Source of the DNA: Eledone cirrhosa
Taxonomy: Eukaryota
Reading direction: 5' to 3'
Length of the DNA: 64,000 bases
Assembly: GCA_964016885.1 (NCBI GenBank)
Contig: OZ024740.1
Coordinates: 282,038,001-282,102,000, forward strand
Position 1 is the stretch's first letter; each line of letters opens with the position of its first letter. Shown here piece after piece: positions 1 to 12,814 of the stretch. A program made the position numbers and the translations under genes. The notes beneath the pieces are model-generated. The model was not told where the DNA came from. It searched no databases and saw nothing but the letters and a program-made list of their open reading frames with translations.

Positions 1-1324
1 AAATTTTTTTTTTTATTTTTTTTTTATTTATTTATTATTATTATTATTATTTTTTTTTTCTTTCTCCTCGTGCAATGGCCATACTCGATAACGAGGGGGC
101 AGCCATCATGTATGTATATATAGATGCAAACTCTCCTAAGGTTGTCATTGCCGGGGTGGGAGTAGAAGATACCGTAACTCACAATAAGAAGGGGTGAGGG
201 CGAATTACTGGCGTCTTAAAACCAGTTTCAACGATTAGACAGAACTCGTTGACCTTGGTTGGCATATGGCAATCTGCCTAAGAGAAAGATAACTTTGATA
301 TCAAATCGATGTAGACGTGGGAGTGAAGGACTTAGCTATTGTTATAGCATCCTTCTAGGAGAAGGAAATTCCCAAGTCAAACCTGCGATTCTGATCATCT
401 CGCCCCTGCCTGTCACCTGGTTCTAATCATGGGAACTTAGAGTGAAGTACTCATATTGTACAGGCGTTTGTGTAATACGTATACAAATGACGTATGGATG
501 TCATTTTTAAAACCTAGTTTGATTTCATCTTCTAAAAGTCCTGTGACGATGGAGGAGTGACGACGTAGAAAGACCCCACCATTTTGAAGCACACAGTTAC
601 AAATATGCACATAGGTGGCAGGAATCTTACCCTAACATCGTTGTTGTGTCTCCTTGTATCTGAGAAGCCCTATTTAGGGAGAGCACTGCTCACGCAAATT
701 CATGGAAAGGTGCTAGAAAACGTGCACTGAAGATTGTTTTACATATCAACGATGATTAATTCCCTGTGGCTATCGGTGGTTCACTCAAACAGGAAAAGAA
801 ATAAATGATAGGCATCTTATAGCATTTGCAAAAGATCCAGTTAAATTCAGCATCTACTGCTGAAATGCTAGAAACTTTCTGGAGTAAAACCTCATTTAAT
901 CGGCCAAAACATAGAACTACGCTTGCGACTAAAGAACGTCAAGAACTGAATGTAAACATTGCAGCCACGGGGGACACGATTTTCAGACGTAGAAGCCATC
1001 AAAAGGACTGTTACGACCGAGCAGCGAAGAATCCTTTCAGGAGTGCATGGAATCATGGAGGAGAATGTTGGGAAAGTGCGTTAGACTTGAGTATTATTTC
1101 GAAGGGGAAAAACATGTAATTTGTAGTTTGGATTTAAAATATTTTTTGCGACCCAAGTACTGTTTCTGATACACCTCGTATATGCTTTAATTTCAGCCGC
1201 TTTTTTTCATTTTCTCTTCTGTTATACTTTTATATCTTGTTGGTATTTGTAGCTATTTCAAACAATTATTAGAATGTTGTATATAATCTGAATCTTTCTC
1301 AAATGAAATTAATTAAATGATTTA

Positions 1325-1328
<4 letters not shown>

Positions 1329-1422
<94 letters not shown>

Positions 1423-1460
1423 GCACACACACACACACACACACACGCGCACACACACAC
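1329..1460. repeat. (CA)n microsatellite
   Basis: Directly visible CA tract with a few CG interruptions. Confidence 0.97.
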
Positions 1461-1944
1461 ATATATATATTTAGCTCTACACCCCGTTACAGACGTGAAT
1501 CTAAGCATCGAGTGCTCTTCTGGGTTAACCTACAGTAACTGCCCGTTACACTCCCTAGATATATGTTTATCGTTAGATCAGACAATGAAATTATTTACAT
1601 AGGTATTTCGATTGCTAACTCCTGGCAGAATCAAATGGTATTTGAACACAAGAGCCATAGAGCAGGAGCAGATACCGCAAAGACCTCGTCCACCTTTTTA
1701 ATAATTATTCCTATTCCCTATCTATTGGCTGGTACTTTATTTATCAACCCCAATGGGATTTATCCACGGAGGTCAGAGAACTTGAATAAATACCGGCTCC
1801 CTAAAGACTCTGCAGTTCACTACAAATTGTAGCCACCTTAAATTCACGAGCAAGCTGTTCCGTTTATTAGACAGCTAGATCACTCATCGCCGAAACCGAC
1901 GGAAGTGCATTTCTATTCATATGTAGAGGATCTAATAGATATAT

Positions 1945-2272
1945 CAGAGGTTCCCAAAATGGGCGCTACCACTCCCCGGGGGGGGGGGGGCGTTGAGAAG
2001 GTCCAGAGGGCACTGGGGCCTACGGGGTTGGTGGGGGCTTTAGGGATAATATAATAGTATATCAAATATCATATGGTAAATATTATATATAAATATAGTA
2101 AAATAAAACATATAAGACTTATTTATACATAGTATATATTATATCATTTATTATATATAAATTAACGATTTCATTTATATATTATTTATAATTTGCGTGT
2201 AGGCAGGTTTCTCTGGAAATAGGGGTGGCGGCGCTGAGGGTATTAACATGGCCGTGAGTTTGAGAACCTCTG
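1945..2272. mobile_element. hAT (Charlie-like) MITE
   Basis: TIRs CAGAGGTTCCCAAA / TTTGAGAACCTCTG; 8-bp TSD AGATATAT / AGCTATAT (7/8 match). Confidence 0.85.
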
Positions 2273-3554
2273 AGCTATATGAATCATAATTCAGTCTTAT
2301 TATCATAGGACATCTGACAAGTGTACTTTGTTATGTAGTCAGTCCTAAATAGTTATTTTCTTTCAACCGTCCGGTCGACACAATTCCCACATTGTTTTAT
2401 TTTCTCGTAATGATATTTCATGCCATTTGTACGCTACACAGATATTTGTCTCACACACCCAACACGAAATTTTCGTTTTCGGCAACTTCAATTGTAAGGA
2501 ATAGCTGTGCTATTTGTGAATATTTCTTTTAAATGGTAATGTCATACATAATTAAACAGCATTTCGTTAAGTATTTAATAAGCAGCAATACCAAACAGGA
2601 TTAAGAGTACGACTTGTAATCTCTTCGTAAAAAAAAGAGAAATTGGTGTATTATGAAGAGAAATGAGTTTTAACGTATAGACATGGTGTAATTTTATCTG
2701 GTCACTATAACTGCAAAAATAGCAGCCAGATTCTCTTCAAACCACGCCGTACAGTCTCAAAAAAGGGCATGACATATTGGATAGTTTAGTCTGAGATAGA
2801 GAATATCCTTGAGAATGACGAAATGGTCATAGCCGAAATGTATTTGATGATAGGTTTGTTCAGCCATGGCGTTATGGGGTTATCAACAGCAATAAAAACA
2901 ATTGGCGACTGAAGGAGCTTCAAGCTGGTTGCTAGACCAGACTAGAAATAGCAGCCAAATTTTCCCTCAAAATTAAGGAGAGAAGAAAACCATATCGAAG
3001 TTGGTGCATGGTTTGAAAAGGAGAGAAATCATAGGGTGGGAAGTGGGTGGGCATTCGTAGTTGTACGAGGTAAGAAAACTACACATAAACATGTATGGAC
3101 ATACACTGCCACCTATTGCTGGGGGTGCAGCTACACTCCACAAAAAATTCTTGTCGGAAAATGTAATCATTTTTGACGGAAGATAATTAATTTTTGTTGG
3201 AAAATTATGAACGTCTGCACCCCCAAAATGATACGAGCAATACGTTTATAGACATATAATGCAGAAATACGAATACAGCAAAGTGTGATCAAATATTTCT
3301 TTCGGTTCATTTTAATAAAACTGTCTCTCATCATATAACAGGAATAGAGAAAATCTATAAAGTTGAAGTTGAAGTTACCAATTATCACATGAGCATAATA
3401 TTATTATTGATGTATCTTCTTTAGTATCTAAATAAACTACTTGGCAGCATATTTCAATTTGTCAAAAAAAAAAAAAAAAGATGTGTGGGTTTGGGTGGAG
3501 TGGGGGTAATATTTAATTGACCTGTAGTTCTTACCGATGTTGCCAATTCAGGAA

Positions 3555-3700
3555 TCGCTGAATGGTTAAGAGGTTCACTTCGTAACTATGCGTTCGATCC
3601 TGTTGGTTAGTATTATACGTAAGTGTCTTTACTATAGTCTCGGGTCTACCCAAGTCTTGCAAGAGGAATTATAAAGACGAAAAGTGTATAGAAGCACATT
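3555..3700 (+). mobile_element. Degenerate tRNA-headed SINE of a second family (related pieces near 15330-15460 and 23050-23180)
   Basis: Box A-like GAATGGTTAAG, box B-like GTTCGATCC and a shared body (ctatagtctcgggtctacccaag...gacgaaaagtgtatagaag) with similar pieces at the other loci. Confidence 0.5.
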
Positions 3701-4132
3701 GGATGGATTGTACTCGTAATTCAAAAGCTCGGCCTTGTCGCATATCATGTTACCTTAATTCGGCTCACGAGTTACATTAAGTGTACACTTGACTGTAAAA
3801 TATTCAACTATTTACACGTTAGTTAATGTATTAGACATTCAGGTGATCAGACAACTGAATGCTCATCGTTGCAGTCAACGGAGTAACCATCATGGTAAGA
3901 CCACTAAATATAGTTTCTAGAGCTATATCAGTATGGTGAATTGATTCGTATCCAACATTTTAGGTATTAATATTCCAATGACATTTTTTCCTAACCTTCA
4001 ATCTAATTGGCAGCATCTGAAAGACCAGATGTGATATAGGTAATATAATTATATGGCATTAATCTACCAAATATTGCTTTTATATTCAAGCAAATAGTAG
4101 ATGTCAGATAAAAAAAAATCATCAACGCATGT

Positions 4133-4277
4133 TACATCTAGCATAGTTATATCCCTTTACGGTCTGAGTTCAAATCCCGCCAAGGTTCACTTTGCCTTTC
4201 ATCCTTACGGGGTCGATAAAATAAAGTACCAGTAATGTACTGGTTAATTGTTGGCCTTGTGCCTAAAGTAGAAACAA
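4133..4277 (+). mobile_element. Nin/Deu-domain SINE, 5'-truncated, flanked by a 75-bp direct duplication
   Basis: Box B GAGTTCAAATCC; core GCCTTTCATCCTTACGGGGTCGATAAAATAAAGTACCAG; flanks 4058-4132 and 4277-4351 are identical. Confidence 0.9.
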
Positions 4278-4519
4278 TTAATCTACCAAATATTGCTTTT
4301 ATATTCAAGCAAATAGTAGATGTCAGATAAAAAAAAATCATCAACGCATGTATGGTCCCGTAACCCCGTAACTCCTGAGGGAGCCGTAGGGACGCCGTAA
4401 TGATATACGGCATTACTAGAACATTTTTTTTCTAACTCGGAGGAGCCCAATCTTCCCCAGGTCTGAAAACAGCAGGATTCTTCCAGAGAAAGAATGGAAT
4501 TGAGAAATAGATACAAAGG

Positions 4520-4910
4520 AAGAATCGACCTCAGTACTAGACTTGTACTTTTTTTTATCGACCTCGAATGGATGACAAGCAAACTTGACCTCGGCGGAAT
4601 TTGATCTCAGCAAGCAGATAGTCGAAACTAATACGGCAAAGCATTCTATCCGACGTTCTAACGACTCTACCGATTCGCCGCTTTGATCATAAACATAAAG
4701 AAGTAATTATAGTATACGTCTATGACATTGGCAGAATCATTAGAGCGTCGGACCAAATACTTTGTGATAATTCTTCCGGCACTTTACGTTCTGAGTTCAG
4801 ATACCATGGAGATCAAGTTTACCTTTCATCCTTCCGGAGTTGATAAAATAAAGTACACATTCAGCGCTTAGGCCTATTTAATCGATTTCCCCCTCCCATC
4901 AAAATGACAG
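4520..4910. mobile_element. Two older Nin-domain SINE copies (about 4520-4685 on -, 4727-4910 on +)
   Basis: Diverged matches to the SINE head (TTGGCAGAATC..., GAGTTCAGATAC) and core (CCTTTCATCCTTCCGGAGTTGATAAAATAAAGTAC). Confidence 0.7.
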
Positions 4911-5330
4911 ACGTTGTATTGTAGACATAAACCATATATAGTTTCGCTATGAAATAAAACCAAGGGAACACACACATTTACGATCTCAAGTGTATTGCGC
5001 ATGCATTGGACTTATTTTGCGGCGAACTTTTTAAAGCTCTTGTCAGTCAGTTAACACGTCATCTATACATACACAGCATCTTAGTCTTCCATGAAAGATA
5101 AGATATGCTGTCTCTACACAGATATGTCTCTTAATTCACATATGGTAATTTAATTTCCATATTTGTGTCATTAAGTAAATACCGAAATCTAAAGAAATTG
5201 GTGGCTGACTCCATCAGCAAAAGTTAATCCGATTTAGATACATAAAACAATTACCGTACTGGAGAATGATGTGCGAATAAGTTATTTGAGGAGCGCTCGG
5301 GTGAACGTTAGTAGCAGTGTCAAGCAAGTT

Positions 5331-5770
5331 CAACGCCTTCTCCATTCTGTCCTCCGGGGCTGTGGGGAGGCCAGCACGTGGGACCCCATTTGCTCACCAT
5401 ACAGAGAGATTGGGAGGGCCAGAGAGTTGGAGGCGATGACAGTGGGAGTTCGGCTGTTCTTTCATGTTTGCTTACGTCATATGATTGTGTCTGTGATGCT
5501 AAGTCAGTCTGACTATTATGTTCAATATATTGCTCCCATTTTCAAGAGAATTAATGAACTTAAGAGTGTAGAAGATGAGTAGTGGGTAGATAAATGTATG
5601 AGTATTGTAGCCAAGCGGCGTCAGGTACCACGAAGATTTAACTTGGACACATTTGCTCAAAATACAAAGAAATGGGGAGAGCGAGAGAGATGGAGATGAT
5701 GACAGTGGGAGTTCGGCTCTTCCGTGTTTCGATACTTTGCACCTGTTATGTGGATCATGTTATATGGCAG
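5331..5770 (+). mobile_element. 3' tail fragments of a CRE-like non-LTR retrotransposon
   Basis: Nucleotide similarity to the reverse complement of 10085-10540 and 29460-29810 (aacgccttctc..ctgtc..ccgggg..., gatgacagtgggagttcggct). Confidence 0.5.
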
Positions 5771-5959
5771 GATATTTTTCAAATTCTTTTCTTATAGCTG
5801 AAGTAATCCGCTATATTGTAGATTAGCATTATAATTGTCATACTTACACAACCCGACAGCAGTTTGACAATCACCACTGACGAATGCGAGAAAGTTCTCA
5901 AGGAAAGTTAACCAGGAATCTTTAAAACATCTCCCCACTGGAGAAACGCTTGTTTTGCA

Positions 5960-5960
<1 letters not shown>

Positions 5961-6028
<68 letters not shown>
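5961..6028. repeat. (CTA)n microsatellite
   Basis: Directly visible. Confidence 0.97.
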
Positions 6029-6030
<2 letters not shown>

Positions 6031-6542
6031 ATTGCCGCTACGACTATCGCTAGAGTCACTGGCCAAACCTTTCACTAGAGCAGAAATAATCACTACCATT
6101 ATAGAATTCCCTTCTTTGGGCCCAAGGTCAGCAGCAGTCGCCCTTCCACTTTCAATTCTCACTTGACAAAATTCAGCCAAGCATAACTCCTTTCTGTTAT
6201 ATGCATGTGTATTTGTATGTTTGTATATATATATATATATATATTTAGAAACACACAGATACATGCGGACACACACATATACATGAATGCATCCACACCC
6301 AACCGTGAGTTAAGGGTGCCAACCTCACCGATGTTGCTCAATGAATGACTGGGACAGACCAATCCGGTTGAACAAGACTGAACCAGTATCAGAGTTAAAA
6401 ATACATTATGAAGAGAGAAGAAACATTTAGATATAATAAGTAATAAAATGTATCATACCTAAACTGCTCCTATATATATATATATATTATAGATATAGAT
6501 ATAGATATATAAATTTTCGCTCTACATGGCTGAATACAATAA

Positions 6543-6841
6543 ATGTAATCTGAGCTTTTAATAATAATATTCGATTCATTTTCAATTATGCAAACAACCC
6601 TCAATTTTAAAGCCATGTCAGTAGAATTAGCCCCTCATTCTTGATCTTGTGTTGGCATGTAAACAGAACTGCAGACACTAATGTTTCTGGGTATTACCCT
6701 TCATCAGTACAGTTCACTGTTCACCACAAGAGCAAGAATGAGGGGCTCATTCTACTGACATGGCTTTAAAATTGAGGGTTGTTTGCATAATTGCAAACGA
6801 ATCGAATATTATTATTAATATTTGAAAAGCTCAGGTTACAT
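6543..6841. repeat. Inverted repeat (about 110-bp arms) between (TA)n tracts; PLE pLTR-type palindrome
   Basis: 6543-6654 is the near-perfect reverse complement of 6722-6841; a hammerhead occupies the spacer. Confidence 0.9.
6666..6715 (-). ncRNA. Type I hammerhead ribozyme
   Basis: Minus strand: GAACTGTA-CTGATGA-A GGGT AAT ACCC A-GAA-ACA TTAG TGT-C-TGCAGTTC; 8-bp stem I, GUC cleavage triplet. Confidence 0.85.
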
Positions 6842-6909
6842 ATATATATATTTCGAAATAGCAATAAACAAACAAACGCAAGAATAAACGTTACATGGTG
6901 AGAGTGGGG

Positions 6910-7128
<219 letters not shown>

Positions 7129-7129
<1 letters not shown>

Positions 7130-7917
7130 TAGCCGAATTACCCGCGCCTTGCTGCATTTCACACATTCTTTTGATAAGAAAATGATGATTCATTTTAAGT
7201 CACTGATATATGTAATTTATGGAGAAAACTATCAGCAATCAAACGCTGTTGTCTTTCTTCTTCAGAGTCATTTCTTGCAACTATATGGCGAAATCTATCT
7301 TGTTCCTGTCTATCTTGATGCTCACCAAAGGTTTCATTTTGCCGAGACTCTGTTTGCTTCTGTCTTTGGATAGAAAGTCGATCTTCCCTTGCATCACAGC
7401 TTTCAGATTGACGACGAAGCCTCATCCTTTTTGCGTCTGGATTATTTGCATAACTAGATTTTCTTTTCCGTGGCATAAGGGATGTCTGAAAAAATGTCTA
7501 AATTAGCCAAATTTTACTATAAAAGAAAGGTGTTTTTTTTGTTGATGTTTAATTAATAGAAAAACTCCGTGATAATAGAGGTTCCAATTCTCAAGTTATG
7601 GGGTTCCAAAATTTTCACTATGGGGGGTTTAACCCCCATTAGGGTGTCTTAATATTATTGAGATTTGCTGAAATTTTGTGAATAGGCATCATATCTTGTC
7701 ATTTACCTATGGTTTAAATTTCATATAAATCGAAGGGAAAACATTTTCAGCGGGGGTTTGTGCCCCCGGGGAACCCTTTCATTAAAAGGAAATATACCTA
7801 TCCAAGTACCATGGGCAATGTAGTTTCAGAATATATCTATCTATCTCCAAAACCATAGGAGGAGTTTGTGAACAAACAAACCAAAAAACAGACAGGAACT
7901 ACAACTTTTTATATGTA

Positions 7918-7920
<3 letters not shown>
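7129..7920 (-). mobile_element. Internally deleted Helitron with the N-terminal fragment of RepHel (ORF 7195-7476)
   Basis: Minus-strand 3' end GCGCGGGTAATTCGGCTAG; GTTT/GTCT repeats near the 5' end; ORF with R/E-rich repeats ([37 protein letters not shown]) typical of RepHel N-termini. Confidence 0.65.
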
Positions 7921-7956
<36 letters not shown>

Positions 7957-8425
7957 ATCTATATATATATATATATATATACATATATATAAATATACTT
8001 ATACGCCGGATAAGGTTACTTCTACTGGACCGTTTAGGTCGAATTTTTACATTCAAGCAGAGAAAAAAACCCTGTTCAAACCGGGATGCTGTAATAGTGT
8101 CGGATACCACAGATGTTCAGGTGATCTGCACTTTTTCAAAGAAATATGCAGTGGTGTCAGGAGAACAACCCATGGAGAGTCATGTCTGTGCCGAAGGCAA
8201 CCATCGTGAGGCACTGAAGCATCAGACTGATTAAGTTCGGTTTGAATCTCTAGGGAAATTTGTTAGAATTGGGACGAGGTTTCAAATAGAGTCTCATTCA
8301 GGAATGGTCTGAAAGGAAGCTATCCCGGGAATGGTCAGCAGAGATAGGGAATGCACATACTCTCCGTTATATTTTACTTCAATTTTAAAGATATCTTCGT
8401 ATTTTATCTCATTAATTTGTCTGGC

Positions 8426-8643
8426 GAGGGAGGTGGATTGGCAATATTGGTAGAGGGTCGGACGCCATGCTTTGCAGCATAGAGGTACCGCCCTTTACGG
8501 TCTGAGTTCAAATCCCACAGAGGTTAACTTTGCCTTTCATCCTTACAGGTTCGATAAAATAAAGCACCAGTAACGTAATGGGGTCGATTTAATCGACTTT
8601 CTTCTACCCCCAAATTACTTGCCTTGTACCTATACTAGAAATC
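8426..8643 (+). mobile_element. Full-length Nin-domain SINE with 17-bp TSD
   Basis: Head GGTGGATTGGCA, box B and Nin core; TSD TCATTAATTTGTCTGGC at 8409-8425 and 8642-8658. Confidence 0.9.
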
Positions 8644-9711
8644 ATTAATTTGTCTGGCCAGATTGGTGCTTCTATTTTGCTATTTGTAGAAAGGACAAGT
8701 ACCTAATATTAGCAGCTAGAGCAATGGTGCAACTTACATGCGTTTTATTAGTGTTCATGGAAGGAAATATCTTACAACTGATTAACTCCAACTATACGTG
8801 GGTCATTGTGTGGAAAAGGTTTCTCATAATCAAAGTAAATTGGTATATGTATGCAGGTATACAGTGAAATAACATTTTGAAATTGAGTTGACCTAAAAAA
8901 AGACCTCCAATAGTTTGGTCATCGCATTGATTAAATCCTAACATTTTACTTAAAAGGTTTCTTTTTTTTATTTTGTTACCGAAATAGAACTTTCTTTTAC
9001 AGAGAATAATGAATAAATCAAGGAAATCGCACCTTTCTAACTTTTATGTTGTATTTTGAAAATGTGGAAAAAGAAAATAGCCTTCCCATCATTACACATT
9101 CCAATGTAGCATGTAGCTTATGTAATTTCTAAAGTGATTATTTTAGAATTATTTGGTATTCATTTATGTGAATAACGTGCTTATGTTTGTGGGTTTAAGA
9201 GAGCTATTGAAAACGTCTGCCTTTATTTACTTGCAAACCTTTTCTCATGGAAATCACTTCTGTATGGAATCGTTTAGGTGACTAGTTTTTGTATAAGTAT
9301 AATATAATTTAAGGGTCTTATTTTATTAAGTGAAACATAGGTATAGAGAAAAAAAACTCATCACGTCGTTCTAATCTAATTTACTTTGATTTAATTGATA
9401 ACCAATTATATTTCTTGTAAACGTATTTAAAGTGTTGTGTCCATTTCTATTTGTCCTATCGTTAATAAAATCGTGTATACTCCTTAAATTAACAAGCTGT
9501 ATACAATCTCATCTCACATGAGAGACAGATGGCACTCATGCCATGGTTAAATGCATATTTCAAATGAAACGACATTGTTTTCGCCGAAGATCTAAAATGT
9601 GTGGGATCACTAGCGAGTGAATAGGGTAATGTACCTCCATTAAGTCGTATTAAAAAGCATATCGTAGGTATATTGCCATGTCATGTTTCTGATAACAGAG
9701 ATCATCTAATG

Positions 9712-10032
9712 CAGGGATGTGCAACATATTCCATTGGTGGGACACTTTTGAACATTGGAACAACTATTAGGGCCATTGATATTTATTAACTACTATTCCA
9801 AAGATTCACCACAACTTCTTTCCATTACATGGAACTAGGAAATTATAACACACATAACCCTATCAGTGAAGCGCTTTAGTATAGGTCAACTAACAGAAAA
9901 TTGTATTACGGTTACGAAAAAAAAATTCTAAATAAGCCTACAAGGTAAAAATTGCAAACGGTCATCGCGCGCCACTCTGACTGGTCTGGCGGGCTCGATT
10001 GTGACCCGCGGGTCGCCTGTTGCACGCCCCTG
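9712..10032. mobile_element. hAT MITE
   Basis: TIRs CAGGGATGTGCAAC / GTTGCACGCCCCTG; perfect 8-bp TSD ATCTAATG. Confidence 0.9.
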
Positions 10033-10084
10033 ATCTAATGTATCCATCAGATATAATTGGGGAAATCTTTTTTCGGGTAAGTCA

Positions 10085-10540
10085 TTTATTGTTTATATAT
10101 ATATAAAACCAGACAAATACATCAGCCACACACACATGCACACCAGATCCAAACACAGAGGAACCAAACTCCCATAGTCACCATCTCTGTCTCTCCCCCT
10201 CTCTCCATCTCTCATTATTATGACCAAATGGTGGATTGGCAGTATCGGTAGAGAGTCGGACACTATGCTTTGACGCATAGAGTTACGCCCCTTGCCATTC
10301 TGAGTTCAAATCACGCCGAGGTTAACTTTGCCTTTCATCCTTACGGGGTCGATCAAATAAAGTACCAGTAATGTACTGGGTAATTTGCTGGCCTTGTGCC
10401 AAAAGTAGAAACAATTATTATGACCAAATGGGGGCCTACGCGCCGGCCGACCCGCTGCCCCGGCAGACAGAACAGAGAAGGCGTTTCCCCGGAGGATGGT
10501 GAGGGAGACGCATTGGAAGAACCATTGCATCTAGCGAGGC
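10085..10540 (-). mobile_element. CRE-like non-LTR retrotransposon 3' end interrupted by a SINE (10229-10415)
   Basis: Translation QWFFQCVSLTILRGNAFSVL resembles the FQRLSxAxQRGNA C-terminus of CRE-clade ORFs; AATAAA tail; SINE TSD ATTATTATGACCAAATGG. Confidence 0.55.
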
Positions 10541-10728
10541 TCACTGGGGAAATATTAGAGTGCCGCTCTAATTGCCTCGTTACATCCTTTACGTTCCGAG
10601 CTTAAATCCTGTCAGGGTTGATTCTGCCTGTCATCCTTCCGGATTCATTAACATAAGTACCAGTCAAATACTCGTGCCAGTCAATCGACGTCCTTCAAAC
10701 AACAATGTTTAACCTGTTAGAAATCATT

Positions 10729-10908
10729 TTGGCAGTATCGGTAGAGAGTCGGACGCCATGCTTTGTAGCATAGTTACGTCCCTTTACGGTCTGAGTTCAA
10801 ATCCCATCGAGGTTAACTTTGCCTTTCATCCTTACGGGGTCGATAAAATAAAGTACCAGTAATGCACTGGGTAATTGCTGGCCTTGTGCCAAAAGTAGAA
10901 ACAATTAT
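10729..10908 (+). mobile_element. Nin-domain SINE, preceded by an older copy at about 10545-10725
   Basis: Match to the family consensus; ends about 45 bp upstream of the exon acceptor. Confidence 0.88.
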
Positions 10909-10953
10909 CAAATATTTGATTAAAGATAAATAATAAAATCAATTTATTTGCAG

Positions 10954-11061
10954 GTCACGTGAAAGTTCTTTATGCTGGGTTGCTTGGCAACGTCATTCGG
11001 TTTCTATATATCTCATTACTCAGTAGCCCTTGGTGGGTTTTACCTTTCGAGTTTATTCAAG
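10954..11061 (+). CDS. MFSD6: MFSD6-like transporter, internal exon (phase 1-1)
   Basis: ttgcAG|...|GTaagt; 108 nt; GHVKVLYAGLLGNVIRFLYISLLSSPWWVLPFEFIQG resembles vertebrate MFSD6 GHIRVLYIGLACN...VLPMEVLQG as recalled. Upstream exons were not found in this window. Confidence 0.92.
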
Positions 11062-11115
11062 GTAAGTTATTTCATTTTGACTATATTTATTCCAGATCAT
11101 ATTTTTTTTTAATTA

Positions 11116-12814
11116 CACCGTCTAACAAAAAAATTGTTTTTCTTTGTTCCTGGCTTGTAATCACTTTTCTTTGTGTTGCTTAGGTCCCAAATAAAGAAAA
11201 AAGTGCTATTAAACAGTTAAAAGTTTGGGTTTGTAAAAATTCTAAGCTATTCACTAGAATTATTTGTATGCTGGATTTTACGTTGTATGTAAGTTTAATT
11301 TGCTTATGTTAAATTATTTTTTTTATATGTGTTTCAGGTTAAATTAAAATTATAAAATAAAGAGTAACACCTAAAGAAAATTATAAAAGTGCAATAAAGT
11401 ATAAAATTGTTAAAAGTGGATTAAAGAGATTTATTGATACTGGATTTTCGCACCCTGAATAAAGGGTAAGTTGTGTTTTAAGCATTCGTCTCCAGGATGA
11501 AGCAGTGGAACTTGGTCAAGGAGAAAGTGCAGGTGACAAGTCAGAGAAGTCGACACGAACCTTTCTCAGGCTTTTACACTCATGACGTGCCAGGACTGTT
11601 TGACGTTATTGGGGTGCCGTTTGTGCCCAAGGAGTGGCGGCTATTTATAGACAGCTCCACCACGAATTTTAAGGCTGTCCTCCTCCACAATGGAAACAAG
11701 TTCCCGACACTGCCCCTAGCTCATTCAGTCTGCCTGAAGGAAGATTACTACAGTGTTAAAGTCCTCTTGGAAGCTCTGCAATACAACCAGTACAATTGGG
11801 AAATTATTGGAGACTTCAAGATGGTGGCTTTCCTGCTTGGACACCAAGGAGGCTTTATCAAATTCCAATTCTTCCTCTGCCTTTGGGACAGTAGAGCCAC
11901 CTATGACCATTACAAAAGAAAGAACTGGGAGCAGCGAACAGAATTTGTAGTTGGGACCCGGAACGTCATGTGGGACCCACTGGTTGATCCCAGGATTGTG
12001 CTCAGGCCGCCACTGCACATATAGTTGGGGTTGATGAAGCAGTTTGTGAAGGCTCTCAACCAAGAATCAGCCACTTTTAAGTACCTTCTTGAGTTCTTCC
12101 CCAAGTTATCTGAGCCCAAAATCAAAGGTGGAATTTTTGTTGGACCTCAGATAAAGAAGTGTTTGAGTCTACCGAGTTCTCCAATAAGCTCAATAGGATT
12201 GAGAGAACAGCATGGAGCTGTTTCAAGGGAGTCAAGGGCTTCCTGGGCAACTACAGAGCTGAAAACTACCAGCAACTGGTACAGGATCTGATAAAGGCTT
12301 TTGGCGCCATGGGATGCAGGATGTCGCTGGACGCTCACTTGGAAAAATTCAAGGACAATATGGGCGCCTACTCAGAAGAACAAGGCGAACGATTCCACCA
12401 AGATGTGAAAGAGATAGAGCCGAGGGACCAGGGCCACTACAATGAAAAAATGATGGGGGACTATATCTGGAGGCTAGTGCGGGAATGCGACCTGGACTAC
12501 AACCGTAAATCCAGGAAATCCAGTCATTTCTGACGTGTATAAGTTGCTTTATAAGTATTATTTGTTTTTACTTGTTTGCTTTTGATAAGCTTGTGTAATG
12601 AAATAAATGTATACTCTGTTGATTTAATTATATGAACTGATAAATCTAAAAAAATGTGTTTTTTCTTGAAAAATATGAAAATTTCGAAATATCAAACTCC
12701 TGACCACAAACCCAAACTTCTGATTAAATAATAATGTTTTTTTTATAATAACGGGATATAGCAAACCATGAAATGACACTTAGAACCGGGAAACAAAACA
12801 TATGTTACACGGTG
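11116..12814 (+). mobile_element. Chapaev3-type (CMC) DNA transposon, internally deleted; transposase pseudogene at about 11480-12533
   Basis: TIRs CACCGTCTAACA / TGTTACACGGTG; flanks TTA/TTC; motifs WRLFIDSS, AVLLHNGN, CLWDSRA, PPLHI*LGLMKQFVKAL, SEEQGERFHQD; one stop and a frameshift. Confidence 0.8.

Noticed and set aside
130-1119. RTE-like 5' UTR similarity and ORF 826-1119
   Set aside because: Only a vague remembered resemblance (CTAGGAGAAGGAAA...CAAACC) with no recognisable protein motif; not supportable without a search.
1830-1910. Possible HHR remnant (CCGAAACCGACGG); similar partial motif near 34650-34720
   Set aside because: No CTGANGA core or stem I could be paired.
8426-8520. 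tRNA genes at box A/box B motifs
   Set aside because: These are tRNA-derived SINE heads with no cloverleaf, followed by the Nin core.
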